Below, piece after piece: positions 50,990-63,372 of a stretch of DNA of 64,000 nucleotides. The notes below the pieces were generated by a model. The model saw nothing but the letters and a program-made list of their open reading frames with translations, ran no database searches and had not been told where the DNA came from. Source of the stretch: Negaprion brevirostris (Eukaryota); NCBI GenBank assembly GCA_030324005.1, contig JARDVH010000097.1, forward strand, positions 79,151,651-79,215,650. Reading direction: 5' to 3'. Position 1 is the first letter of the stretch; every line of letters begins with the position of its first letter. Position numbers and translations under genes: made by a program.

Positions 50990-53900
50990 TGAATTATCAC
51001 ACAGTAGACGTAATTGCGTTTGATATAGTCAGGATTATAGAAAAGGAACGGGGCTGCAGGGTGACCAAGGATGGGAACTGAGCATCCAGGGACATTCATT
51101 GTTTAGGAGGACAGACAAAAAAGTAAAGGTGCTGGAGTTGCGTTACTGGTTAAAGAAGAAATTAACTCCTTGCTGAGGAAGAATATTAGCTCTGAAATTA
51201 TGGAATCTACATGGGTTGAACTAAAACACCAAAGGACCAAAAAAAGTTAGCAGGTGTTCTATATAGACCCAGCTGCAAGACCCCAAACTGTAGTGGTGAT
51301 GTTGGGAATAACATTTAACAGGAAATAAGAGATGCATTTGATAAGGAACATCTGTAATTATGGCTAACATAAATAATTTACATAAAATTGGGCAAACCAA
51401 CTGAATCACAATACCATAGAGAAAAAATTCCTGAAGAATATATGGGATGGTTTTCTGGATCAATACATTGAGGAACCAACGAGAGAGCAGGCCATTCTAG
51501 ACTCGGTATTGTGTAATTAGAAACGAATAGCTGGTAATGTAGTGTGAGACCTCTTGGAGATGAACGACCATAACATAGAATTGTTCACCAAGATGCATAG
51601 TGACATAGTTGATTCTGAGACGAGGGTCTTCAGTTTTAATAAAGGAAATTACAATGATGTGAGGCGCAAGTTGGCTATGATAGGTTGGGAAATGTTATAT
51701 ACAGGATGACAATGATTAGATAATAGTTAACATTCAAGGAGTGTAAGGATGAACTGCAGCAACTGTTTATTCCTGTCTGGTGCAAAAGTAAAACTGGAAA
51801 GGTAGTCAAACCATGGCTTACAAGGAAAATTAGAGAGAGTTTTAGATCCAAGGGAGATGCATGTAGATTGGTCAAGAAAAACAAAAGACTTGAGGATTGG
51901 GAGCAGTTTTGAATTCAGCAAAGGAGAATCCAAGGGATTGATTAAGAAGGAGAAATTAGAATACGAACATAAGCTTGTGGGAAACAAAAACTGACTGCAG
52001 AAGTTACTATAGGTATGTTATGAGAAAAAGATTGACAAAAACAAATGCAGCTCCCTCGAAGTCAAAAATTTATAATGGGTAATAAAGAAATGGCTGACAA
52101 CTGAATACCTACTTTGATTTTACCTCCACAAAGGAGGACATGAATAAGATACCAGAAATGTTAGGTTAAAAAATGGTGTAGTGAGAGGGAGGAACTGAAA
52201 GAGATCAGTATTAGTAGAGAAATGGTGTTGGGAAAACTAATGGGATTGAAGGCCAATAAATCCCCCAGGCTGGGTAATCTACATTCCAGAGTATGAATGG
52301 AAATGGCCCAAGAAATAATGGATGCATAGGTGGCCATCTTCCAAGAATTTATAAAATTTAGAACAACTCCTACAGATCGGAAGGTAGCTTTTGTAACCCC
52401 ACTATTTATAAAGGGAAGTAGAGAGAAAATTTATAGAAGGAATTATAGACCAGTAAGCCTGATTTTGGTAGTGGGGAATATTTTAGAACACGTTGAGTGG
52501 TAGTGTCTCAGATCTAGATGTAAATCCGTTAGAACAAATCGCAATTACAAGGGAGGAAGTGTTAGGTGTTTTAGGAAGCATTAAGGTAGACAAATCCCTT
52601 GGGTCAGATGGTATCTGTCCTAGATTACTGAGAGAGACGAGATGAAATTGCTGGGCCTCTAACAGAAATCTTTGTTTCTTCATTGGACATAAGTGAGTTC
52701 CCAGCAGATTGGAGGATCGCAAATGTGGTCCCATTATTTAAGAAGGGTAGCAAGGATAACCCAGGTAATTATTGGCCAGTGAGCTTGACGTCCATGGTAG
52801 GGAAGTTGTTGGAGAAGATTCTTAGAGATAGGATCTGTATGCATTTAGAACTGATTAATCTCATTAGCGATATACAACATGGTTTTGTACGAAAGATCAA
52901 GCTTCACAAATTTGGTTGAATTTTTTGAAGAGGTGACAAAAATGATTGACGAGGGAAGGGCCGTGGATGTCATCTACATGGATTTTAGTAAAGCATTTGA
53001 CAAGTTCCCTCATGGCAGGCTGGTGCAAAAGGTTAAATCTCGGGTTCAAAAGTGAACTAGCTAGATGGGTACAGAACTGGCTTGACCGTAGAAGACAGAG
53101 GGTAGCAGTGGAGGCGTCTTTTTCTGATTGGAGATTTGTGACTTGTGGTGTTCCGCAGGGCTCTGTACTGGGACCTCTGCTGTTTCTGATATATATAAAT
53201 GATTTGGAAGAAGATGTAGCTGGTCTGATTAGTAAGTTTGCAGACAACACAAAGATTGTTGGAGTTGCAATAGTGATGGACATTGTCAGAGATTACAGCA
53301 GGATATAGATAGGCTGGAAAATTGGGTGGAGAAATGGCAGATAGAATTTAATCTAGATAAATGCGAAGTGATGCATTTTGGTAGATCTAATGCAGGAGGG
53401 AGCTACAGAATAAATGACAGAACCATCAGGAGTATAGACACAGAGGGATCTAGTGTGCAAGTCCACAGATCCTTGGTGAAGAAGGCATATAGCATGCTTG
53501 CCTTTATTGGACGGGGCACAGAGTATAAAGGTTGGCATATGATGTTGCAGTTATATAGAATGTTGGTTCGGCCACATTTGGAATACTGCGTCCAGTNNNN
53601 NNNNNNNNNNNNNNNNNNNNNNNNNNNNNNNNNNNNNNNNNNNNNNNNNNNNNNNNNNNNNNNNNNNNNNNNNNNNNNNNNNNNNNNNNNNNNNNNTAAA
53701 TGGCAGAACCATCAGGAGTATAGACACACAGAGGGATCTGGGTGTGCAAGTCCACAGATCCTTAAAGGTGGCAACATAGGTGGAAAAGGTGGTGAAGCAG
53801 GCATACGGCATGCTTGCCTTTATTGGACAGGACATAAAGTATAAAAGTTGGCATATGATGTTGCAGTTATATAGAATGTTGGTTAGGCCACATTTGGAAT

Positions 53901-55480
53901 ACTACATCCAGTTCTGGTCACTACACTACCAGAAGGACTTGGAGGCTTTGGAGAGAGTGCAGAATAGGTTTACCAGGATGTTGCCTGGTATGGAGGATCT
54001 TAGCTACAAGGTGAGATTGAGTAAACTAGGGTTGTTCTCCCTGGAAAGACAAAGGTTGATGGGGGACCTAATAGAAGAAATTATGAAGGGCATAGAATAG
54101 TTGGAAGCTTCTTCCCAGGTTGAAAATGACAAACACAAAGGGTCACAAGTCAAAGGTAAGGGGACAAAGGTCAATACGGATATGCAGGGGACGTATTTTA
54201 CACAGAGGGTGATGGGGGCCTGGAATGCACTACCAAGCAAGGTGGTTGAGGCAGACATGCTAAGATCATTTAAGACTTACCTAGATAGCCACATGAACAG
54301 ACTGGGAATTGAGGGATACAAACGGATGGTCTAGTTAGGAACGTACGATTGGTGCAGGCCTGGAGGGCTGAAGGGCCTGTTCCTGTGCTGTATTGTTCTT
54401 TGCTCTTTGTTCTAATCCATTATCCAAGATTTTATAGCAGAGCACTTGGAAAACTGGGTCAGCGTGGATTTACAAAAAGGAAATCATGCTCAACAAATCT
54501 ACTGGAATTCTTCAAGGATTCTTATGTATCGAGTAGAGTTGATGAGGGGGAGTAGTGGATGTGGTTTATTTGGACTTTCAGACGGCTTTTGACAATGTCC
54601 CATGAAAGAGATTGGTGTGTAAAATTTGAAGCACGTGGAGTTGGAGGTAATGTATTGAGATGGATAAAAAACTGGCCTGCAGACAGGAAACAAAGAGCAG
54701 GAATAACGGGTCTTTTTCTAAATGGCAGACAGTGACTAGTAGAGTACCACGTGGATCAGAGCTGGGACCTCCAGCTACTCGTTATATATAATAATGATTT
54801 AGGTGAGGGAAATAATATATCTCCAAATTTGCAGATGACTCAAAGCTGAGTGGGAGGATGAGTGAGCTGTGAGGAGGTGGCAGAGATCCTTCAGTGTGAT
54901 TTGGACAAGTTGACTGAGTGGGCAAAGATTGGCAGATGCAGTATAATTTGGATAAATGTGAGGTTATCCACTTTGGTAGCAAAAACAGGAAAGCAGATTA
55001 CTATTGGAATGGCCATAAATTAGGAGAGGGGAATGTGTCACGAGACCTGGGTGCTGAAAGTAAGCATGCAGGTGCAATAGATAGTGAAGAAGGCAAATGG
55101 ACTTCAGAGTGAGAGTATTTGAGTACAGGAGCAGGGATGAGTTTCTGCAATTGGAAAGGGCCTTGGTGAGACCACATCTGGAGTATTGTGTACAGTTTTG
55201 CTCTCCTTATTGTAGGAAGGATGTCCTTGCTCTAGAGGGATTGCAGAGATGATTTACCAGATTGATTCCTCAGATAGCAGGACTGACATATGGGTAAAGA
55301 TTGAGTTGATTGGGATTGTATTCATTGGAGTTGAGAATAATGAGGGGGGATCTCATAGACATCTATAAAATGCTTTCAGGACTATACAGAATAGATACAA
55401 GAAGAATGTTCCTGATGGTGGGGATGTCCAGAACCAGGGGTCAGAGTCTGAGGATATAGGGAAAACTGTTTAGAACAGAG
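50990..55480 (+). mobile_element. Long CR1 ORF2 (endonuclease + RT), host of a younger CR1
   Basis: Colinear ORF2; reads GTGGGGAATATTTTAG / AATCCATTATC across the insertion; WQMQYNLDKCEVIHFG. Confidence 0.85.
52489..54413 (+). mobile_element. Younger 5'-truncated CR1 LINE (RT + 3' end)
   Basis: PADWRIANVVPLFKKGSKDNPGNYWPVSLTS; GVPQGSVLGPLLFLIYINDL..SKFADNTK; tail TTCTTTGCTCTTTGTTCT. Confidence 0.93.
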
Positions 55481-56330
55481 ACTAGGTTGGTAGCTAGATA
55501 TTTAAGGTGATTTGCAAAAAAAACGCAACATGAGGAATAACTTTTATGCATGTATGGTTAGAATTTGGAGTGCACACCTTGATAGGCAGGTGAATACAGA
55601 ATCACTTGTGATATTCAAAATGGATGAATACTTGAAGGAATAAAAGGTGCAGAAGTACAGGGAAGTAATGGGAGTAGGACTAATTGGATTACTCTTCAAA
55701 AGAGTTGGTTCAGGTTTAGTGGGCCAAATGTTCTTCTGCACAATATTGTTCCATGATTTTTATCAATAGATATTTATCAATAGACATTCTGATCTTGACA
55801 GATCTTTAGACCCACATTTTTATTGTACGTGATGGAGTAATTTTTTTTACAGGTTGACATGTTTATACCAAAAATGCCAAATGGCTAAAGCAAGAACTAT
55901 AGATCTCTCATGGTTTGCATTACTGCAGTATAAACCACCCTTAAAAAAGAGACCTGGTAATAATTTTGGCCACATCACTTTCAGACAAGGTTTCAAAGGA
56001 ATTAAAATATAAAATACTAGAATAATATTGGATTCACACATATAGAGTTGTGTTAATTTTTAATATATATGAGTCAATCCACAGGTTTTGGTGATCAGAT
56101 GACAAAACATTAAACCATAGTATCATATAACAGAAGGAGGCATTTTTTTATGAGGGTCTTTGGAATCTGGAATGCATTGCCTGGTAAGGTGGTGGAGGCC
56201 AGAAACTTTACAACCATTAAAATATTTGGATGAGTACTTGGAATATCATAACCTTCTAGGATATGGGACAAGTGCTGGAAGATGGGATTAGCACAGTTTT
56301 AGTGGTAGTTATTATCAGTGCACATTTAAA
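55480..56330 (+). mobile_element. Two old CR1 3' end fragments (about 55480-55760 and 56145-56325)
   Basis: TGGAATGCATTGCCTGGTAAGGTGGTGGAGG..TTTGGATGAGTACTTG 3' motifs. Confidence 0.65.
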
Positions 56331-56464
56331 TCTATTTGTCCCAAACCTCTCCACCATTGCTTTCTGTTGGCTTTTTAAAAGAGCTGCCAAAATAATTCCT
56401 GTTCCCTGTCCTTTCTCCATATCTGCAAATGTTTCCTTTTCAAGTATAAATAATTTGAAATCTT

Positions 56465-57668
56465 GGGAGTGATTCTCCCATCCCGCTGCACTAATTGTTT
56501 ACCTCAGTGGGCCGAGAGATTCAAGTGCCGGCCAATTTGCGCAATGTGCTGGATGTCTGACCCTGAAAGCATCTCCCAGCGCCAGATTTCCGCCGTTGTC
56601 AGCTTGCACCAGAAATAGCTGTGGAGCTGCATTAGATATTCACCTCCTAATTTAAATATTATTTAAATGTAGTTACTACCAAGAGTGTTTCACTCCAGCA
56701 GGGTTTGCAGTGGATCCCCACTTTCTGGGAACTGGCAGCCCAACCCTACTGGAATGAATGGGGGTGCNNNNNNNNNNNNNNNNNNNNNNNNNNNNNNNNN
56801 NNNNNNNNNNNNNNNNNNNNNNNNNNNNNNNNNNNNNNNNNNNNNNNNNNNNNNNNNNNNNNNNNNNGCAGTGGCTGGTGCCCTGTGGGCATTGGCACCT
56901 TGGTAGTGCCAAACTGGGACTACTGAATGGGCAAAGTGCCAATACCCAGGGGCCACCTTGGCACTGCTCATTGAGCATGGGGCAGTGCCAAAGGGGCAGA
57001 GCCAAATAGGATTGTGGCCAAATTGGGGAGCGGGGCTTCTGGAGGCAGGGGTGGGGCCTTTGGGGCTGGGCCTTTAGGGGTGACTGGTGAGGCTGGGGGA
57101 TCCTATTGCCACTCTACAGTTGGGATCGGTTGGGGAGGAAGGGTGGCCAGTGACTGGAGCTGGCCATCAGAGTAGTGGGAAGGGGACAGCCTGCTGGAGG
57201 GATTGGGGCTGCTGGTGGTGAAGGGGAGGTGGGAGTGGGAGAGGTGATGCTGGTCCCTGGCATGTTTGGGGGGGTGAGTGATCAGGCTGTGTTTGGGGTG
57301 AGGGAGAGATTCAGCTTTGCTGGCCAGCAATTGTGAGGTCGGCAGACTGAGGCCACTGCACATCTGCTGATCTCGGTGCTGACAGTTTGGTGCATGTACC
57401 ATGGCATGCTCAGCAGAATAGGCTCCCGCCCGCCCACTGATTTTTAATGGGATCTTTTAATGGAGCTTTAGATTGGTTTCACAGGTCAGTGCAACATCGA
57501 GGGCTAAAGGGCCTGTGCTGTGCTGTAATATTCTATGTTCTATGCAAGTGTATTCAGTAGTGCACAGTGTAGGAGATTCAGTTTTTAAACTCCCTCTGAA
57601 AAAATAAGTGTGATTTACTGCAGTTTTTATGCAAATACAACTTTTAGAATTTTTTGGGAGAACTCCCC
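56465..57668. mobile_element. Non-autonomous TIR element (Harbinger-type), same family as 16192-16688, with a CR1 tail nested at about 57468-57544
   Basis: TIRs GGGAGTGATTCTCCCA ... TGGGAGAACTCCCC; shared GCTGCACT, ATTTAAATATT and CACTT(T)AGAA blocks. Confidence 0.72.
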
Positions 57669-58428
57669 TGCCCCGTTTAGTGTGTGATGTCTCCCAAAAG
57701 CTAATCTTTATTAGATCAGTGGGATAGATGACCTGACAACCGCNNNNNNNNNNNNNNNNNNNNNNNNNNNNNNNNNNNNNNNNNNNNNNNNNNNNNNNNN
57801 NNNNNNNNNNNNNNNNNNNNNNNNNNNNNNNNNNNNNNNNNNNNNNNNNNNNNNNNNNNNNNNNNNNNNNNNNNNNNNNNNNNNNNNNNNNNNNNNNNNN
57901 NNNNNNNNNNNNNNNNNNNNNNNNNNNNNNNNNNNNTAGAATAGGTGATCCAATGTTGGATTTTCAATCATTCTTTACATAGTCCCTGTAGCACCACCAT
58001 GTGGCATTGTATGATCCTTTGCCCAAAAATAACTGAAGATGCTTTGAGAAAAAAATTCCTCAAAAATTGAAATTTATCTATTCCAAGAACTAGGTTTGAA
58101 GCAAAATCAACAAACAATTTAGTGCATTGGTTTAATTCCAAAACTGCAGTCTAAGCATGTGCATTTTGCCTAACTTATCATCAGATTCAATTGAGCTGCT
58201 TAATATTTTTCTCTGACTTTTAGCATTTTCTGCTCAGCTGTTTCAAAGTAACTTGAAGAAAAGCTAGAAACAAACTTGAAGAACTTTATTCAAGTTGCAT
58301 TTCAAAAAAGATTCTGAAAGAGAAGTAAGATGGATCATACCAATTTAGTTTTTGTATTCTGTAAACTCAAGAAAACAAACTGGATGTCTTTTATCCTAAT
58401 TTGAATCATTTTTGTATGAAAACATGGT

Positions 58429-58563
58429 GGATGCGATATTATCTGCCGTTCACTCCACACTTCTACTGCAGTGAAGTAGGAGAATTTGGTGGCCAGTCAA
58501 ATTTCCAATCACTGCAACAGCATGGGAAAATCCCACTGGCGTGAATACTGGTAAGATTCCCGC
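58429..58563. mobile_element. Short MITE
   Basis: GCGATATTATCTGCCGTTCAC ... GTGAATACTGGTAAGATTCCCGC inverted ends; related to 60279-60462. Confidence 0.55.
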
Positions 58564-58989
58564 TGGTGAATTTTCACAGCAGGCAAAGCCTCTGAGAATA
58601 ATGGAGAAGTAGCTGAACATCAGATTGGATGAGGAGGCCGATGGCCATGCCCTTTGCGGAGTAAAAGAGTGCATTAAGAGTGAGGGGGAGGATATTCTGT
58701 TGCCAACTTGTTTATTTTTTTTTTAAATTTGCATTTTTTTCTGACAATGAGGAAAGTTAATAGTGATCACATAATATATTTAAAGTCTTGCCTGCACTTA
58801 AATATCTCAGGATGCTCTGNNNNNNNNNNNNNNNNNNNNNNNNNNNNNNNNNNNNNNNNNNNNNNNNNNNNNNNNNNNNNNNNNNNNNNNNNNNNNNNNN
58901 NNNNNNNNNNNNNNNNNNNNNNNNNNNNNNNNNNNNNNGCATCTTACAAAGGCCCATCGCTTCCCTAGTCCCAACGCATTTACCAACCT

Positions 58990-59490
58990 ATTCGGCATGT
59001 CCACTACGACTCTCACCAACAGAAAACATCTTTTCCGGATATATCACAGGTTACTATGGCTCCTGTTCTGAATCAGACCGCAAGGAACTGTGAAGGGTTA
59101 GGAACATTGTAGCCCAGTCTTATCACGCAAACCAGCCTCCCATCCATTGACTGTGCCTATACTTCCCATTGCCTCGGATGAGCAGCCAGGACATACTTTC
59201 TCTCACTTTCTTCTATCAGGAAAAAGATACAAGACTCTGAGATCAAGTACCAACTGACTCAAGAACAGCTTCTTCCCTGTTGCCATAAGGCATTTGAATG
59301 GACCTACAATATGTGATTAAGCTAATTTCTGTCTACATTCCAGCTATGACTGTAACACTATATTCTTCATCCTCTCCTTTCCTTCTCCCCGTATACCCAA
59401 TGAGCAGTATGTTTTGCCTGTATAGTGCGCAAGAAATAATACTTTTTACTGTATCCCAATACATGTGACAATACTAATAAAACAAGCCAA
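58990..59490 (+). mobile_element. Rex1/Babar LINE 3' fragment
   Basis: FGMSTTTLTN..ENIFSGYITGYYGSCSESDRKEL..TQTSLPSID; KNSFFP; tail ACATGTGACAATACTAATAAA. Confidence 0.82.
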
Positions 59491-59698
59491 ATTTACACAC
59501 CTTTGGACAGTAAGGGGCAATTGAGCATGGTCAGTCCAGCTATCCTGCACATCTTTGGACCGTGGGAGGAAACCGGAGCTGCCAGAGGAAATCCACGCAG
59601 ACGGGGAAAGAACATGCAAACTCCACACAGTCACCCAAGGCTAGAATTGAACCCAGTTCCCTGGAGCTGTAAAGCAGCAGTGCTAACCACTGTGCTAC
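59491..59698 (-). mobile_element. HE1 V-SINE (3' truncated)
   Basis: Reverse complement TAGCACAGTGGTTAGC...GGTTCAATT...GTGTGGAGTTTGCATGTTC. Confidence 0.9.
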
Positions 59699-59829
59699 AA
59701 TTCTGCCAGGAATTCAAAGACTTGTTGTTAGATCAACTAATTGGTACATATGATCACTCATTGGACATGGATTTGTTCCTGCATTAGCTCCATAAGGCAA
59801 ATATTTCCTTAATCTTGTTGCCCCTCCCT

Positions 59830-60200
59830 CCTGGTCCAGCAATGTTTTATCTTTGTTTTCAAGTGGTCTTGTTCTTCCTTATCTCTAATTTTCTGCAAGC
59901 CCATAACCTTCTGAGACATTTGTACTCATCTAATTTTGGCTCCTACAGCATATCTGATTTTAATCGCTCCAGCACTTGGCATGTTTTCAACTGCCTAGAT
60001 ACTAAGGTCTTGATTTTTATGCCTCCCCTCCTTCACCTCTCTCTCTTTCCCCATTTAAGATACTCCTCAAGACCTACCCTTTTCCTCTTTGTCCCAACTC
60101 TTGGTCATCTGTCTTGAATGTCCATGTGTTTTTTGGTCTCACTTTGTCTTGTAATGCTCCTGTAAAATGCTTTGGAATGCTTTATTACATTAAAGAATTA
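59830..60200 (+). mobile_element. L2 LINE 3' fragment
   Basis: CCTTATCTCT.A...CCTTCTGAGA..TTTAATCGCTCCA; tail CTCCTGTAAAATGCTTTGG..TTACATTAAAG. Confidence 0.65.
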
Positions 60201-60278
60201 TTACATGAATGATATGAACTTGGTGTAGTCTCAGACTTGCAAGCAATGTTACAGGAAATCTGCTAGTTATAAATTTGT

Positions 60279-60462
60279 GGGTGGGATTTTTCTCCCTCTC
60301 CATGGCATGTTTTGAGTGAGGTGGCAACAGAATTTATGGTCCTGCTTTTGTCAATGGCGTTTCCAGTTGAATATACATCTTGCTGCCTGGAAACCCGCAG
60401 CGGACTGTGCAGTCAGCAGGACAATAACATCCCGCTGGTGTGAATGGCAGCAAGATTTCAGT
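60279..60462. mobile_element. Short MITE
   Basis: GGGTGGGATTTTTC ... GTGAATGGCAGCAAGATTTC. Confidence 0.5.
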
Positions 60463-60473
60463 GAGGGACTTTC

Positions 60474-60843
60474 TTTTATTCATTCATGGGACATGGGTGT
60501 CGGTGGCTGGGCCTTGAACTGAGTGGTTTGCTAGGCCATTTCAGAAGACAGTAGAGAGTCAACCACATTGCTGGGTTTGGAGTCACACATCGGCCAGACC
60601 AGGTAAGGATGGCAAATTTCCTTCCATAAAGGACATTAGTAAACCAGATGGGTTTTCCTGATGATCAACAATCGTTGATCAGCAGATCAGTGGTCATCAG
60701 TAGATTCTTAATTCCACATATTTTTGATTGAATTCAAATTCCACCATTTGCTGTGGTGGGATTCGAACCTGGGTCCCCAGAACATCAGCTGAGTTTCTGG
60801 ATTAATAGTCTAGTGATAATGCCACTAAGACCATCGCCTCCCC
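60474..60843 (-). mobile_element. Full-length tRNA-derived SINE sharing its 3' tail with the second LINE family
   Basis: Reverse complement GGGAGGCGATGGTCTTAGTGG (A box), GGTTCGAATCCC (B box); ends CCCATGTCCCATGAATGAATAAAA. Confidence 0.88.
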
Positions 60844-62752
60844 ATGTTTTCTCCCACTGTTTCACATGGTTTTTAGCTGGGGGTGGCGTTTAGATGTAGT
60901 TTAATTGGAGGTATTTGATGTCTGTGCTGAGGTTGAAGAGGATACTTTGTGAAGTGGATTTATGCTATGCTTAATCATTGTGACAGTAGTCAATTAATCA
61001 GACACATGACCATAATGGGTGATCGAATATTCCTTGGCCTGACCTCTGATGACTTAACTGATTTTGCATTTTCCTCCCTCACTTGAGGTATTATTGGGTA
61101 ATTCATCATGCGCTTTTGAATTAAAGGTTGGAAAACTTAGGAGCCTGTACTTTTCCATCAGAAGTAAACTGAATTTTAAAGCCTACAATCTTCATCAAAA
61201 TGGGTGATGCTTTATTTTGTTCTTGCCATTTGAGTAAAACAGTCAATCTAATAGCATGTGAATGTTCTGTAAATTTCACAAATTTCATTTCGTATTGAAA
61301 TATTTCAACTTGTGGAAAAATGAAAACAAAGGCAACAATACATTAGAAAAAGCCAATCTGTTAAATAGGATGAAGATTTCCAGTCAANNNNNNNNNNNNN
61401 NNNNNNNNNNNATTACCTTATTTGTTTAATGGTATGCTTCTGCGTATGCTCCTCTCTTTGTCAAGTGTGTCTTTTTCATAGGGCAAATGAAGACAAATGT
61501 ACGTGTAGCTGAACGTAGAGGAGACCTTTGTTCTTGACAACTAATGCAGTGTCTAAGACAATAGAAAATGCACCCCAGAGAGCTTATGCAGAGAATGGAT
61601 TGCTAAAAAAAACTATTTACTGCCTCAGTTAAATGTTAAAAGGTTGTTGATATTTTGAAAGAATAGTGTCTTGGGAAATGTTTTTGTGAGAACCCGAGGC
61701 TGATATGCCTTCATTGGAAATGATTTTATCATTTTCTTTTTTCAGATATATTAAATAAAATATAGTTTTTCCTTCCAAAGGGGAAATCTTTCTTTCCTGT
61801 TCTTTAAGAGCTTTAGGGTTTTTGTCCTTGTTGTAAAATCAGAGAAAGATACAGCACAGAATGAATCATTTGGCCCAGTGTACTTGTGCCCGATCCATGA
61901 GCGGGATATCAAATTAGTTTCACTCCCATGTTCTTTCCCCGTAGCCCAGAAAATGCTTCCTATTGGAGCATGTATTCCATTTATTTTTAAAAAGTTATTA
62001 TTGACCTTGCTTTCATCAGGTAGTGCATCACCCACATCAGTCCTTCAATCAAATTAAACACTATTTGCCCTTAACAAATTTTTGCAGGCTTTCCTTAATT
62101 AATCCACCTTTATCCAGATGACTGTTAATATTTTCGCAAGTTATAGTTTCAAAAGGTTTTTCCATCACCAATGTTGGTTAAACTGATTGGCCTGTAATAG
62201 CTCGGCGTACCCTTGTGCCCATTTTTACCTGTGCTCTGGCAATTTCTACCCTTTCTTCTCTGTTACCTGAGATGCATCTCATCTGCTCCAGTGATTTCTC
62301 AACCTAAGTATAACTCAACTAATGAATACCTTTCCTTTATCAAAGGACAGTGGCTTAATCCCTTGATGCTGAAATCATGCTATCATGTCAGAGTTGAGAA
62401 GTTGGGGTGAGTCATGTGATGCGAGTTTCTGAGAGTCCTGGCGCTGGTCATTTTTAAACCCTTCACCCTGATGCAAGACTCACAGCCACTTTAGCCTGGA
62501 TATATTCTGTTCGATATCCTTGGAACATTTTTGGGGAAGTATAAACGACAGAATGTCAGGAAAATCCTCAATAAAAAGGAGCAGTTGGAGGCACCTGGGG
62601 TAGAGGTGGGTCCTCAACTTGACAACCAAGTTGGGTAACAGGCTGTGGGCCCAGTGCTGTTGAAAGCGTAGCAGAAGATGACTGCAAACATCATCACTGT
62701 TATAAATGTTAACCTCCTTGTTTTGACACAGAACATGAATGTTCACTTGGAT

Positions 62753-63372
62753 AACCAGCCTCTCTCTGTTGACTCTGTCTACACTTTAAGGTTAAAGTTT
62801 ATTTATTAGTCACAAGTAAGGTTTACATGAACATTGCAATGAAGCTACTGTGAAGTTCCCCTAGTCACTACAGTCCAGCGTCTATTTGGATCACTGCACT
62901 TGACCAGCACGTCTTTCAGAATGTGGGAGGCAATTGGAGCACCTGGGGGAAACCCACGCAGACACGGGGAGAACATGCAAACTCCACACAGACAGTGACC
63001 CAAGCTGGGAATCGAACTTGGGTCCCTTGAGCTCTGAGGCACCAGTGCTACGGACTGTGCCACCCTGGTGTCTCAGCAAAGCAACCAGCATGATTAAAGA
63101 CCCCACCCACATCGGACATTTTCTCTTCCACCAAAGAAAATGAAAGTCTGGGGTTAAAAAGAAAGTCTTGAGCCAATGGACTCAAGAACAGATTCTTCCC
63201 TGCTGACTTCGCACTTTTGAATGGACCTACCTTGGATTAAGTTGATCTTTCTCTACACCCTAGCTATGACGTTTTGCACTCTCGTTTCCTTCTCTATGAA
63301 TGCTTTGCTCGCAGGAAACAATACTTTTCGCTGTATGCTAATAAATGTGACAGTAATAAATCAAATTAAATA
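62753..63372 (+). mobile_element. Rex1/Babar 3' fragment
   Basis: CLSKATSMIKDPTHIGHFLF; LKNRFFP; tail ATGTGACAGTAATAAATCAAAT; colinear with 59130-59490. Confidence 0.82.
62786..63064 (-). mobile_element. Full-length V-SINE with non-CR1 tail
   Basis: Head TGGCACAGT..TAGCAC, B-box-like AGTTCGATTCCC, V-domain; tail CTTGTGACTAATAAATAAAC. Confidence 0.9.

Noticed and set aside
60740-60843. tRNA gene (A and B boxes; similar heads at 60-126, 2659, 15432, 59640, 63005)
   Set aside because: Each is a SINE head, in most cases continuous with a SINE body; no complete cloverleaf evident
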